Below, piece after piece: positions 31,770 through 32,000 of a stretch of DNA of 32,000 nt (its first letter is position 1; the number at the start of each line of letters is the position of its first letter). Source of the stretch: an uncultured bacterium (lineage in GTDB: Bacteria > Pseudomonadota > Gammaproteobacteria > Burkholderiales > Burkholderiaceae_E). Location of the stretch: assembly GCA_903866395.1 (NCBI GenBank), contig CAIPNM010000371.1, forward strand, positions 5,787 to 37,786, written 5' to 3'. The notes under the pieces were generated by a model. That model worked only from the letters and a program-made list of their open reading frames with translations, had not been told where the DNA came from and ran no database searches. A program made the position numbers and the translations under genes.

Positions 31770-32000
31770 ATGTTGAAACGAATTCTGGTCGCGGCCGTCG
31801 CCGCAGCCTGCGCAACGGGCGGTGCCTTTGCGCAGTCCCTCCCCGCTGGCCCCAAGGTCACGGTCACCGCGGTGACCCAGGCCGCCCCCTCCATTCCGCA
31901 ATACACCAAGGTCGACGTGCCGGTGCTGCGCGAGAATATGCCCAAGGCGAGCAACGGCCGCATTGAATTCAATCTGAAGAGCTGGCCCGAGGCTAACGTC
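31770..32000 (+). CDS. Secreted/periplasmic solute-binding protein, 3' end cut by the window edge (family uncertain, possibly TRAP-type)
   Basis: This ORF is absent from the supplied track because it runs off the window. ATG 31770 follows the strong SD AAGGAGA (31758-31764). The signal peptide is MLKRILVAAVAAACATGGAFAQS. The frame stays open for 77 codons to nt 32000 with GC3 bias. Confidence 0.6.
   Translation, partial: MLKRILVAAVAAACATGGAFAQSLPAGPKVTVTAVTQAAPSIPQYTKVDVPVLRENMPKASNGRIEFNLKSWPEANV

Noticed and set aside
1-32000. Search for CRISPR arrays, tRNA/rRNA genes, IS elements, prophage or toxin-antitoxin/defence modules
   Set aside because: I noticed no regularly spaced direct repeats, no cloverleaf-like or rRNA-like segments, and no transposase, integrase, nuclease or ATPase defence signatures. 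Intergenic space is under 250 bp everywhere. A manual scan cannot exclude short repeats.

Overview
The window is very GC-rich and gene-dense, with about 27 genes and almost no intergenic space. The three Bug/TctC-type solute receptors point to a Burkholderiales-type betaproteobacterial chromosome; that assignment is an inference. I found no rRNA, tRNA, CRISPR array, transposase, integrase, phage gene, recognisable defence gene or classical transcription factor.

Gene order:
- Plus strand, nt 1-14238. A 5'-truncated HAD hydrolase comes first. It is followed by a tightly packed IlvD/Edd-family dehydratase, leaderless gamma-glutamyltransferase, ChaA-type Ca2+/H+ antiporter and TctC receptor. Next come a GST, the split indolepyruvate:ferredoxin oxidoreductase IorA/IorB and a second TctC. 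The run ends with a patatin-POTRA-Omp85 (PlpD-like, type Vd) protein.
- nt 14279-14362: a short decayed DUF1992/YhdN remnant.
- nt 14413-23085, the least explained region: two divergent, translationally coupled operons.
  - Minus strand: NMT1-type binding protein, short MetE-like Zn TIM-barrel protein, TctC and TrpB2.
  - Plus strand: two small unknown proteins, a Rieske oxygenase alpha subunit, a Rid protein lacking the deaminase arginine, and a single-chain LeuD-LeuC aconitase-family enzyme with the swivel domain first.
- nt 23213-28818: a CzcCBA-like HME-RND efflux operon with no regulator.
- nt 28821-31531, minus strand: LeuC-like, LeuD-like and ICL/PEP-mutase-family genes with non-canonical active-site motifs.
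- nt 31770-32000: the 5' end of a secreted binding-protein gene.

All functional calls rest on motifs read from the translated ORFs. No database search was possible.
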